In this document: positions 24,778 to 36,543 of the stretch, piece after piece | Numbering within the stretch: the first letter of the stretch is position 1 | Layout: each line of letters begins with the position of its first letter | DNA from: Nemertoderma westbladi | Lineage: Eukaryota; Animalia; Xenacoelomorpha | Length of the DNA stretch: 64,000 bases | Direction of reading: 5' to 3' | Assembly (NCBI GenBank): GCA_032718475.1 | Contig: JAUCBJ010005384.1 | Span: 8,714-72,713, forward strand | Program-made: the position numbers and the translations under genes | Notes under the pieces: generated by a model | What the model saw: the letters and a program-made list of their open reading frames with translations, nothing else | What the model was told of the DNA's origin: nothing | Database searches by the model: none

Positions 24778-27075
24778 TCAGAAATATGATCTAATGACTA
24801 CGACTCCTGTGTTCTGTGGAAGGTCTTGTGCAGTTAGTATTAGCTCCTGATATTGCGGTAAGGATTGCAAATACGGTTCATTTGCGACGTGTGATGGAAC
24901 TACCGCCCAGAACCCATATCCTGCTTTAAATGGCAACCACCGCATTTGCGCCTGGATGTGGTAGTCAGCCACACCCTCCCACTTGTCTAACATCTCCCGG
25001 AGGAGGTTGGTACTATGATTCTTGAAAGAATCATCATGCAGTTGACATTTCGCACTACGGTGTCCCTTTACTCCACAATATCCAAACTGAGAAATGAAGA
25101 CGGTGCATATATGGAATGAATGGTCAGTCTCGTTGCACCAACGGCAAACCTTATGCGCCGCCTCTACTACAGCATCGCATGACTTTTGACTATGCCTTGT
25201 GCTGCCGCACAACTTGCATCTACGCGCTTGTGGAAACCAGGCCCTCTCGTATATGAGGTCTCCAATCGGCTTCGCACTCCCTTCCTTCCCAATGTCTAAA
25301 ACAATGTCGTCCTCTCCGGTCAAAGGTTGTCGATCCGGAACAAAGTAATCATCCTCAACTTTGTCCTCGATCTCCAATATTTCCTCTCGCATCCGTTTCG
25401 GATCAGTCTTCTCCACCGGGAGATCCATTCCGAACACCTCCCCTAACATCTCGGGCCAACCGTCTCTAATGGGTCTATCTGCCTCAAAGTGGACGGGAGT
25501 ACCAAACCCGCGGGTTTGATTCCCGAACCACTTCTCCAAGGCCTCTGGCGTCGGATACTCCATCAAAGGTCGGTCTCCCAAATCTCCGATGTTCTGTCGA
25601 TATACTCTTTCGAATATCGCTAATCCTTTCCTAACCATCGACGTGTTTTCAAGCGATTGGTTGAAGAACGGGGTTAAGAAACGCTTCATCACGTCGGATT
25701 GGATTCTTCTTTTCGAACGAACGTATTGATCTCCTCCAAACACCAATGGATGACGTTTCAGAACTCGCACAACGATATCTGCGACTAAACAAGTTACCGT
25801 GTTCGACTCCAGCACCAAATAATATTGCAGCGACGCACGGGGTGGCGCGCAGATGTTCCAATACACTAACGCTTGCCGCATGAAGTGGGATTTGAACTCC
25901 GCTCCCGGCGGCGTGTTATATTCACCGTACGCCTCCTCGTATTTCTTTTGCATCTTCAACTTGAAGTCCCAGTTGTACAACAAATGCGCTATAAAGCCCA
26001 TACCAGTCTTAGCAGAGCTTGGGTACTCCCTATAAATTCCAATATCCTGTGCCCATAGCAACAATAGTTTGGTGTCGACAAACGGTCTCGGCAATCGATC
26101 CTCCAAATCCGTCATGGCGTTGAAGTCACTCTCCAAATCACTTTGGACTCCTGATCCCACCTTGACGTAATCCTGGTTGAGAATCGCCTCTCTAACTTTC
26201 TTGGGTAACATCCTGGCGTTGATACGCTCCACTCTGTGCATACCCCCTCGCCTACATACCTCCAAGATCTGCTCCCTAGGATCCTTCCCTCGCCGATATT
26301 GTGTTGTTATGATGGGCTCCGGTCTCTCTTGGTCTGCCCTCACGCGCATAAATACGTGAGTCACGCCATCAGCTGCGCGAATTTGAATGCACTTGCTAGT
26401 TAGGCACTCTTGGTGGGACCCTCCCTCGTTGTCGTAGAACATTATGTGCCAATCCTGTAGGGATTCCTCCGTCTTTCTCCATTGACGCTGGATCTCATCG
26501 GATGGGGTCCACATGCGCTCGATAGCCCTGTGGTCATCATATTGGGTATAGGAACCCTTCCTCCTCAGCCACACCTGATCTACCTCCTCGTCGCCTGGGA
26601 ATGTAGCCACCACGACCCATACCTTTATATACTTCTCCAACCAACCAAATAACTTGCTCTCCTTCCCCGGAGCTCCGATCTTGTCTAACGTATCGTAATC
26701 CGTTATCTGCATTGGGACGTCACGCAAGAACTTCGCGCATAAAACTTCCCGTAGGCAGTCGACGTTCCAATGATCCGACAACGTCACCATCGGCAAGAAT
26801 CGAATGGCTTCTCGCGACTCCGGGTGATCTACCAATATCGCAGGTTCGTTGCCGTCGGAATAATACACTGGTTGGGGTTGAGATACAGCCTGTGGAACCA
26901 TTCCAGTCACTCTCCTAGTTTCCTCCTGATGTCTATCCGCCGTCTTATTATACTCCACTATCCGCTCTTCGAATAACTGCTTCGCTTTCGCCGCTCGCTC
27001 CTCCTGCCGCAACGAGTCTATATCGTCCTGATGCTCAGGCGTGAGCTTTCTCCCTCGGTGAGGCGAAGTGAACAT
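24778..27075 (-). CDS. Orphan 765-aa protein: putative DEDDy (WRN/EXD2-like) 3'-5' exonuclease plus C-terminal zinc knuckles
   Basis: Long uninterrupted ORF with motifs FYDNEG (ExoI), ILNQDYVKVGSGVQSD (ExoII-like), FVDT and QYYLVLE (ExoIII-like). Knuckles CKLCGSTRHSQKSC, CRWCNETDHSFHIC and a degenerate YCGVKGHRSAKC. Confidence 0.6.
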   Translation of the reverse strand: MFTSPHRGRKLTPEHQDDIDSLRQEERAAKAKQLFEERIVEYNKTADRHQEETRRVTGMVPQAVSQPQPVYYSDGNEPAILVDHPESREAIRFLPMVTLSDHWNVDCLREVLCAKFLRDVPMQITDYDTLDKIGAPGKESKLFGWLEKYIKVWVVVATFPGDEEVDQVWLRRKGSYTQYDDHRAIERMWTPSDEIQRQWRKTEESLQDWHIMFYDNEGGSHQECLTSKCIQIRAADGVTHVFMRVRADQERPEPIITTQYRRGKDPREQILEVCRRGGMHRVERINARMLPKKVREAILNQDYVKVGSGVQSDLESDFNAMTDLEDRLPRPFVDTKLLLLWAQDIGIYREYPSSAKTGMGFIAHLLYNWDFKLKMQKKYEEAYGEYNTPPGAEFKSHFMRQALVYWNICAPPRASLQYYLVLESNTVTCLVADIVVRVLKRHPLVFGGDQYVRSKRRIQSDVMKRFLTPFFNQSLENTSMVRKGLAIFERVYRQNIGDLGDRPLMEYPTPEALEKWFGNQTRGFGTPVHFEADRPIRDGWPEMLGEVFGMDLPVEKTDPKRMREEILEIEDKVEDDYFVPDRQPLTGEDDIVLDIGKEGSAKPIGDLIYERAWFPQARRCKLCGSTRHSQKSCDAVVEAAHKVCRWCNETDHSFHICTVFISQFGYCGVKGHRSAKCQLHDDSFKNHSTNLLREMLDKWEGVADYHIQAQMRWLPFKAGYGFWAVVPSHVANEPYLQSLPQYQELILTAQDLPQNTGVVVIRSYF

Positions 27076-29695
27076 GGTTCAGGGACTCGAGAGTTCCAAA
27101 CTTGCGGGTTTCGTACTCGAGTCCCATGCCGCTTCGCGCCGCACCTCTAGGTCCTTATAGGCTCGGTAAAGCGAAATGGCCGCCACCGTTTCTATCAAGA
27201 CGGGTGTCGAACAGGGTTTAATCTCCGTATATGGATCTAAAGTCGTAACGTCGGCATAATGGGTCTCAGAGGTCTCTTTCCGCTAAATTCGATACTGATC
27301 ATCGGGTTGCTCATCGGGTAACCTCCCTCGTTATATCTAAGAAACTGGTGAGCTTGACATCGCGTTAATATCGGCTCAGGATTCTGCTCGTTCAGTCAAT
27401 CGGGAATCGCTACGTCTTGCTTATTCATGCATTCGCCGCATTTGTAGAACAACTTGTATACACTTAAAACCTTTGGCGTCTCCTGATCCTCGCCTCGAGT
27501 CCTCCGGTAAAGATGCATTCCATCGAATTAATCCCGGACTGCAGGTAGCGGTTCATCGTGCCGTAAATACATGTTCATATGATATAGACGGGCGATTTCC
27601 TCGTCAGGGTCGCGCTAATGTCGCACACATCAAGAGCAAAATCGTAGGGATAACGAGTGCGATACTCCCTTCGTAGAACCTCCATGCGGTCTCCCAACGC
27701 TCGCATCCGTTCCCTCCTCAACTCCTTCTCGTACGTGGGGTTATACTTCCCATTCAACTCCATTACCGATCTCCCGTGGTAGTAAACATTGGAATCCTTA
27801 CACCCATGTCGGGCGAATGGTAGTTCTGCTTCCTCTCTGGTGGTGAAACCTCTCCTCGGTTGTGCTCTAATTTCCTTCTCCATATTGCCGCGTATATATA
27901 CATAATTAGTAACTAATAGTAACTAATTACACTGTGGGTAAGTCAGTTAGATGATGCGGAGGGACAAACTTCCCGAGCTACCCGGCCGCCTTCCAGCAGT
28001 TGAGGTTCGGCTTTCTAGATCCCGTCTCATTCCTAACTACCTTCTTTGATGCCCAAGCTACTCCCCAATACTTGTACTAGACTACAGTAGTTAGAAAGGA
28101 CAATAGTTTTGGCGCTCGACTATACCAAACCCACAGGTTTGATAATCGAACACCTCACTCCACTGCAAACTACTGAGTGGGGTCTGTGTACGCCTCTGGT
28201 GCTACTAACCTTTAGCACCTTGGTTGTTGTACTGTTTGCACCAATCTGTGGAAGTTACTGAACTCAATTTACACTCCTACATAATATAGCCGTCACCATA
28301 GTGTCGAGATACTATTTTCCAGGCTTCACGACTTTCAAATTACTGTACATCTATAGACGAATTCTAGAACGCGTCTATATGCAGCGTTTGGAATTGTTTT
28401 GGGTTCACTTCTAATATTAAAATTTTTGATTTTCCAAACATTTTATGAAAAAATTTAATTTTTGTTTTGATACCCACCAGACAAATTCTCAACACAAATC
28501 ACCACAAACCCGCTCCTATGCATTTCCTAGTATTTGCATACGAGGAATGCATACGAAGTGAATTTTTGTTCTAACACTAATTTTGGTTTGAGGCAGAAGA
28601 CAAATTATAGTCTCCTGTCTCGATGCGTGTCTCCCACGTCCAATCAGGACGTGGGTATTATACCATTCCTTACCGAACCTGTCAACACAGGGTCGTCGGA
28701 AGACGAATGCGATCTAACAGCGAATGTTTCCATCGGTAGCGACGATTTCCTCCCCCTCCATCATTCGTCTTCGTCTCACGCACAAACTTCTACACCGGAT
28801 GAGGAGGACCCCGAACTAACGGGAAACATAAACTCATTCACCTCCGATTTACCAGCCTACCCACCCCAGAGCCTAGCGTTCAACTGGAATGGAATTCTGG
28901 GCGAATGCTTCGAGTCTCGAGTAAAGAAGGCATATGATGAAGTGGTTCACTGGGGATCGCATCTGTTTGAGGTTCCTTGCACACAGGTAGGTCGGCAATT
29001 CATCTGCACGATCACCAGACTGTTGAAGGCTTTCAGTGAGAAATCAAATCTGGAGGGTGTGGCTATGATTGCACCAAAACTCCTACTACACGCGGCGGTA
29101 AAGACTCCAGAAGGTTTTGGTTCTTCGGGAAGCATTAGCCAAACACTCAGGAGAAGGTTGGAACTCTGGAACGCCAGAGAGATCAGCGCCTTGGTAGAGG
29201 AAGGAAGGGCGATTCAGGCCCGGAGGGGTGGCAACCATTCCGTCAGAACGGACGCTGATAAACCCAGGAGGGATTTTGTATCAAGGATGAACACAGGTCA
29301 GATCGCCGCAGCGGTGGATTTATTAACAAATGGAAAGGGAGGTTCAGTCACAGACACGGTTGGGGTAAAACAGTTAAGGATATTCTGAGGGAGAAAAACC
29401 CTGCACCAGCAACCGTGGACCCATCACTAATCAAAACCTCATGGGAAGACAGTTTGAGTTTCCACCCAACCATTTTCGATGCGATTAGGGGTGAGGCGAT
29501 CCTGTCTGCCTCCCTATACACACAGGGAACGCCCAGACCATCTGGTGTAGACGCTGATGGGTGGAGGCGAATGTTGATGGCTTTTGGAAAAACCTCAAAC
29601 TATCTCAGAAACGCGGTGGCCGCAGTTGCGCAACGTCTCGCTACTGAATATATCGATCCCAATAGCATGTTCGGATTCAATGCCTGTCGTCTGGT

Positions 29696-30892
29696 TGTAC
29701 GCGCCTTTGAAGACCTTTAGCAGTTTAACCTGCCAACCTTACCTTACCGTGGTTTAACCTTACCTTGGTTTATAAATAGACTTTAACATATGACAAGTAT
29801 TTAATACCAATAAACACAACATTAGCCGAAGCCAGCCTAGTGCGCGTCCATTCACCCGCTGGATATACCCGGGAGACTGGATTCGGAGGGCTTAGATTTT
29901 ATTGCAGTGTAAGCTTACTGTATTATTCGATTGATCGTTAATAAATAATTTCTGACGAATATTAATCACTTTCGGGAAATATTAACAGTTCCTTTAGGAC
30001 GTGGCGCTCTATCTAGGTAAACAGAGATATGACTTATACTAAACACAACGGTAAGAAGGTAAGGCTTATGATTCACGTATGAGGCGCATTCTTTAGGAAA
30101 TGCTTAGTTATCAGCCACAATCATGCACACTACCGGTACCGCACAATACTGCACACTAATCTGCCGACCGTCAATGAATTTTATCATACATAAAGAGAAC
30201 AGCAATTGACTCATGTAGTGCCTATCAAATAGCATTAAATTCACTACAACCACGATAATATAAGTCGCAATCGCTATATGTAACCTGTCTCTCTAACCTG
30301 TAGTGTATCAAGAAAATTGGGAAATTTGGGTTATTTATCGATGTTCTCCAAATAATAATATTCAACCAACTGATACAAACTGATAACAACAGTAAAAAGC
30401 ATTAAGACGGTAGGTTAAGATATGATATGATTGGTACTGTAAGACTGTACCGCTGGACCACTGATAACAGTTATACGTTCTATAATCTAAGCCTACTAAT
30501 GTTTCTTCTAAAGTCTGAAACGAATTGACTCTAGAGCCGGTGTTCTTGGCCTAGATAGAAAAAACAAAACTCTAACACTGTAAGACTGAACACGCCTAGT
30601 ACGATCTGTAGAATATCTCCACGTCTGAAGTAAAAATCGCTCTGATTGGCTGTTAAGCTGAACAAAGAACCATGTGTCCAACGGCCGTTTCCATGCCAGC
30701 AACCAGCTGTTAGATGTCGTAATCTGAATCATCAAGGCTACACTGTGCTAGAGGATTTGACGCATTGCGGGTTTTGTGTCTTGCCATGTCCTCCAAAGCA
30801 CACATATAGAAGAACAACTTTTATGTCCGTTAAAACACCCACACGGTACTTTGCGGGCAAGGGGACTGATTATATCCGTAAAAGCTTTTACA
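29696..30892. mobile_element. Solo LTR (1197 bp)
   Basis: TGTA...TACA termini with 5-bp TSD CTGGT (29691-29695, 30893-30897). Removal rejoins CRE RT text NACRLV/PLDKTPGVRPIG. Confidence 0.85.
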
Positions 30893-31912
30893 CTGGTACC
30901 ACTAGACAAAACGCCAGGTGTGCGGCCCATCGGCGTGGGTGAAGTCTTGAGAAGAATCATTGGAAAATCGGTAATGAACTGTGTTTGGGTTGATTTAGAA
31001 AAAATGGCAGGCAACACCCAGTTGTGTGTGGGGCAACTTGGGGGAATTGAGCATGCCATTCACGCCTTGCGCGACACCTACAACACACCTGAATGTGAGG
31101 GAATTTTACTTTTGGATGCAACAAATGCCTTTCAATGCTCTGAACAGACATCTCACACTGCTAAATGTTGAATACGTATGCCCCGCTTTGCAAACTGTCC
31201 TTGTGAATACTAATAGGGAACCAACCCCCTATTTGTGGCAAACGAGGTTATGTGGTCGGAGGATGGCTCAACCCAGGGGGACCCACTAGCTATGGCAATG
31301 TACGGAATTGGAACGTTTCCTATGGTAAAGAAACTTGGTGAAACCGGGACACAAACTCCCCCAACAATCACAGCAGACTCACAGGGTTGTCAGCAAACCA
31401 CGGTACCGGTACACCTAGGAGGCGTACAGCAACCCACGGCACACACAGGGAGCGGGCAGCAGCTCACGGTACACCCAGGGGTCGGTCAGCAACCCACGGT
31501 ACACCCAGGGGTTGGATAGCAACTCACGGTACACACAGGGGGCGGACAGCAACCCACGGTACACCTAGGGGGTGGACAGCAACCCATGGTACACACAGGG
31601 GGTGGTCAGCAAACCACGGTACACCCAGGGGGCGGACAGCAACCCACGGTACACCCAGGGGGTGGACAGCAACCCATGGTACACACAGGGGGTGGAATGC
31701 AACTCACGGAATACCCAAGGGTTGGACAGCAACCCACGGTACACCTAGGGGGTGGACAGCAACCCACGGTACACACAGGGGCGGTCAGCAAACCACGGTA
31801 CACCGAGGGGGCGGACAGCAAACCACGGTACACCCAGGGGGCGGACAGCAACCCACGGTACACCCAGGGGGTGGACAGCAACCCGCGGTACACACTTGGG
31901 GTGGACTGCAAC

Positions 31913-34248
31913 CAGTGCCGGATTAACATTAAGGCATATAAGGCACGTGCCTTAGGGCCAGCCGAAAATCCGGGCCATTTTTTCTCAGCGAGTCATTCCT
32001 GTGAAAAAAATATTTTTATCTGAAAAGTCCGGAAACAGAGCAAGAAAGTGCATCTTTCGACTACTTGTCTACTTCCTATCACTAGATTTGTGATAGAAAG
32101 TGCAAAATTCTAGCTCAGTCAACCGACAGGTGCTGTGTTATTAGTTCGAGACCTGATGGCAGGGAAATAATAAAACATGGGCAGTAATACTTTAAAGTGC
32201 TAATTACAGTATGAACAATGGAGAATTTAATTTTATTTATTTATGGGGAAATATTTGTAGTTATGCTCTTAAACTTTCTAGAACAACCAAATAATGACAT
32301 ACTGGAAATAATGTACATAGTAAATGTATGGCGTGGAGATATGGTAGTGAGAAATTAAATTTTTTTTACCGGAAACTAGTTTTATAAATAAATATAGCCT
32401 ACAGTAGGTAAAAAATAGATAAAAAAAAGGATAAATTAGTTGTAGATAAAATAGTTGTTGATAAAAAAAAAACGTGTCAGAAATAACTTCCTGTCACTAC
32501 TGTAATTTTATTTAACCGAAATTCAGATATTCTGCCCTCGTTTATTGAATTTTGCATTCGATCCCATTTTAGGTGCAATTCAAAAACTTTTGGACAGCAC
32601 AATTGAATTGGGGTAAATTAAAATTAGCGACAAAAAGTGCTTATTTCCGAGACTGTTCTCTTATCGAAGAACATTACTTTCTCAGCAAGTCCAAATATAG
32701 ATCAAAAATATTATATCTTTGCACTAAGCCCACACTTTTGGTGTATTATATTTCTCAGCCTGTAAAGATAAAGTACCCTGCGAAAGTAAAAAAAAGTAAA
32801 TTTTCTTCGGCCGCTAGGCCAGGGATTACGCACAAAGTCTGACGACTTATTTCCAGTGCGGCCCCCCAGAACTTTACTCCCCAGAGGAAACTCTAGTACT
32901 CATTTAGCTACCACTTAAGGATGCAAGACAGAGATGCGCCCGCCCTGGCTGGTCCCTTTAAAGCAGTCGTGCCGAAACGAAAACTGCCCTGGTCCATGTG
33001 AGGATCGAAGCCACGACCTCCAGGAGATGTGAATTCAATGCAACCACTTCACCAAGGTGGAACCTACAGCAAATAAATAACACATTCCCACGATTCGATC
33101 AAAATTGCTAAATGCCTACAGGAGCCAGTCAGCCTTAAGGGGGCCAACTATAACCCACACAGAAATGAATTTTTCGAAAATTTACACAATTTTTTGTAGT
33201 TTGATAGAAGGGCTTTCATAAGGTGATGTCGGTTTTCAACATTGAATTATTTTTTTACTTCAAAACTGCTCTTTTCAACAACATAATATTATATTGCTGA
33301 TATTTATGATTCTCTGTATAAAACAACCTTTTTATCAGTTCGTTGATTTTGACTTTTTTCATCTCTAAATTACCTACTACATATATACTATTTTATTTTT
33401 TACTCAACTGTCATCCAACATACAAAAATGTTCAGCAGCTTTAGGTATACTATCGTTGGTTTTGTAAAACATGGCCATTTGGATCTTCTAGAACCGATTT
33501 TGTAACTGCTACACTTTGTCTATCACTAAATATTTGATTCCAAAAATATAGCCCGGAAATACTAAAACCCCCCATAAATTTTCAAAAGCAATAATTTTGT
33601 GCTAAAATTATCATAGAAGATAGCCTACATTTTTACGTCCATTTTACCAAAGTCTTGCACCAAGAACTTCAATGCAGTATGACAGATCCTTAAATGAGCT
33701 AATTAATATATAAATGCCGCAAATTTATAGAATTTTTGAAGAAAAAACCGACCTTCTCAAAAAGTGCCATATTTTTCGAACAAACGGTTTATGAAGTTAC
33801 TGTATCTATACTCAGTTTTAATAGTATATATAAGATCACAGATAATTGTATTAAAGTTTCAGAATAGTAGCTTTATAAATAAAACAAATAGATTTGGAGT
33901 AATGGTCCCATTAATATATTAAAAATTAAAGCTTGAGAAATTCTACCAAAACCATTACACATTTTATAGCAAAGGTTTTATAGGCATATTCCGTTTAGTA
34001 AATGTTAAAAATTCTTGATGAAAACTATTTTTGCGAAGTACTTATTATTAAAGTTTTAAGTACTTATTTGCACGCAGTAATCCGACGAAAATAATTTATA
34101 TTTCCTTCGCAACATTTTCACATTTTCAGTTGTTTTTTTTAGCAGCTTTTTCCTTTGAAAGGGTTTGCGGAAAAATATCAATTTTCGGGCCATTTTTGGA
34201 AATTACTAAAATGTGCCTTAGGGCCACCAGAGGCTTAATCCGGCACTG
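31913..34248. mobile_element. hAT-type non-autonomous DNA transposon
   Basis: 14-bp TIRs CAGTGCCGGATTAA / TTAATCCGGCACTG and 8-bp TSD ACTGCAAC. Subterminal GTGCCTTAGGGCCA occurs near both ends. Confidence 0.9.
32830..33060 (-). mobile_element. tRNA-derived SINE
   Basis: Minus-strand A box TGGTGAAGTGG and B box GGCTTCGATCC, followed by a body with CATCCTTAAGTGGTAGCTAAATGAGTAC. Confidence 0.65.
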
Positions 34249-35943
34249 ACTGCAACCCACGGTACACCCTGGGGGTGGACAGCAACTCACGGTACACACA
34301 GGAGGCAAACAGCAACCCACGGTACACCCTGGGGGTGGAATGCAACTCATGGAACACCCATGGGTTGGACAGCAACTCACGGTACACCTAGGGGGTGGAC
34401 AGCAACCCACGGTTCACCTAGAGGGTGGACAGCAACTCACGGTACACCCAGGGGGTGGACAGCAACCCACGGTACACCCAGAGGGTGGACAGCAACCCAC
34501 GGTACATCCAGGGGGTGAACTGCAACCCATGGTACATCCAGGGGGTGGACTGCAACCCATGGTACACCCAGGGACAGGACAACAACCCACAGTAGACCCA
34601 GGAGGCGTACAGCAGCCCACCGTACATCCAGGGGTTGGACAGCAACTCACGGTAGACCCAGGGGGCGGACAGCAACCCACGGTACACCCAGAGGTTGGTC
34701 AGAAACCCACGGTACACCCAAGAGGCGTACAGCAACCCACGGTACACCCGCGGGGTGGACAGCAACTTACGGTACACCTAGGGGGTGATCAGCAACCCAC
34801 AGTAGACCCAGGGGTTGGACAGCAACTCACGGTACACCCAGGCGACGGACAGCAACCCACGTTACACCCAGGGGGTGGACAGCAACCCACCGTACATCCA
34901 GGAGGCGGACAGCAACCCATGATACACCCAGGGTGTGGAAAGTAACCCACAGTATACCCACGGGGCGGACAGCAACCCGCAGTACACCCAGGGGGTGGAC
35001 AGCAACCCAAGGTAAACCTAGGGGGTGGAAAGCAACCCACAGTACACCCAGGGGGTGGACAGCAACCCACGGTACACCTAGGGGGTGGACAGCAACCCAC
35101 GGTACACCCAGGGGGTGGACAGCAACCCAAGGTACACTCAGGGGGTAGACAGCAACCCACGGTACACCCAGGGGGTGGACAGCAAACCACGGCACACCCA
35201 GGGGGCGGACAGCAACCCACGGAACACCAAGGGGGCGGACAGCAACCCACGGTACACCCAGGGGGCGGACAGCAACCCAAGGTACACCTAGGGGGTGGAA
35301 AGCAACCCACAGAACACCAAGTGGGTGGACAGCAAACCACGGCACACCCAGGGGGCGGACAGCAACCCACGGAACACCAAGGGGGCGGACAGCAACCCAC
35401 GGTACACCCAGGGGTGGACAGCAACCCATGGTAGACACAGGGGGCGGACAGCACCCACGATACACACAGGGGGCAGACAGCAACCCACGGTACACCAAGA
35501 GGGTGGACAGCAACCTACGGTACACCAAGGGGGCGGACAGCAACCCACGATACACACAGGGGGCGGACAGCAACCCACAGTACACCAAGTGGGTGGACAG
35601 CAAACCACGGCACACCCAGGGGGCGGACAGCAACCCACGGAACACCCAGGGGTGGACAGCAACCCACGGTACACCCAGTGGGCGGACAGCAACCCAAGGT
35701 ACACCTAGGGGGTGGAAAGCAACCCACAGAACACCCACGGGGCAGACAGCAGCCCGCAGTACACCCAGGGGGTGGACAGCAACCCACGGTACACCTAGGG
35801 GGTGGACAGCAACCTACGGTACACCCAGGGGGTGGACAGCAACCCAAGGTACACCCTGGGGGTGGACAGCAACTCACGGTACACCAAGTGGGTGGACAGC
35901 AACCCACGATACACACAAGGGGCGGACAGCAACTCACGGTACA

Positions 35944-36543
35944 CTACTAGGATCGGCATGCTGCATTGCAGCTGCATTTTTAAGAATGCTGTGCCGGCTT
36001 GTCAACAAAATTGCACCGCCACAACTCCCTATCACCCATGACATTTGCTAGATCATCCGCATCTTTAAGGCCAGTGTCCTTTAAGATGCGTTTCAAGAAA
36101 GTCATTGGCTGTCCACCATGCTTATTCACTCCATGAGGCTGCCAAAGTACAAGATTATGCACTGGCTGGTCCTCACGGCGAAAGCAATGTCCTGCAAAGC
36201 GGAGGCGATTTTGTTCTAGTGTCAAGCTTGGGGGAACCAATGAGACACCTCCAATGTTATATAGTGTCTGGTTGGAGATGTGTGCATTATACTTGACACA
36301 ATGGACCCGGCGTAGCATTCTTGTGAATGTGCCATCCAGAGATTTGGTGTCCTCAGCAGTTAGAGCCCAGCATGGACTCCCGTAGAGGAGTACTGGAACT
36401 ACTGCTGCTCTAAATAATCGGACCTTAAGTTTCCGATTAATTCTCGGTGACTTCCAAATCCTGGAAAGCCTATTCAAGGCTGCCCATGCCTTTCCCTTAT
36501 GTATTCGAAGGTCCTCACCTGACTTCCGGATCCATGATCCCAG
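35944..36543 (-). mobile_element. 5'-truncated RTE-clade LINE inserted in the minisatellite
   Basis: Open 165-aa ORF2 C-terminus (35980-36477) with TAG tail. Same family as 14104-14696. Confidence 0.85.

Noticed and set aside
29950-29990. CTGACGA...GAAA in the solo LTR as a hammerhead
   Set aside because: Stems I, II and III cannot be formed convincingly.
33135-33914. Possible TTAA-flanked (Kolobok/piggyBac-like) element inside the hAT element
   Set aside because: Putative TIRs match only loosely, so it is not supportable by eye.
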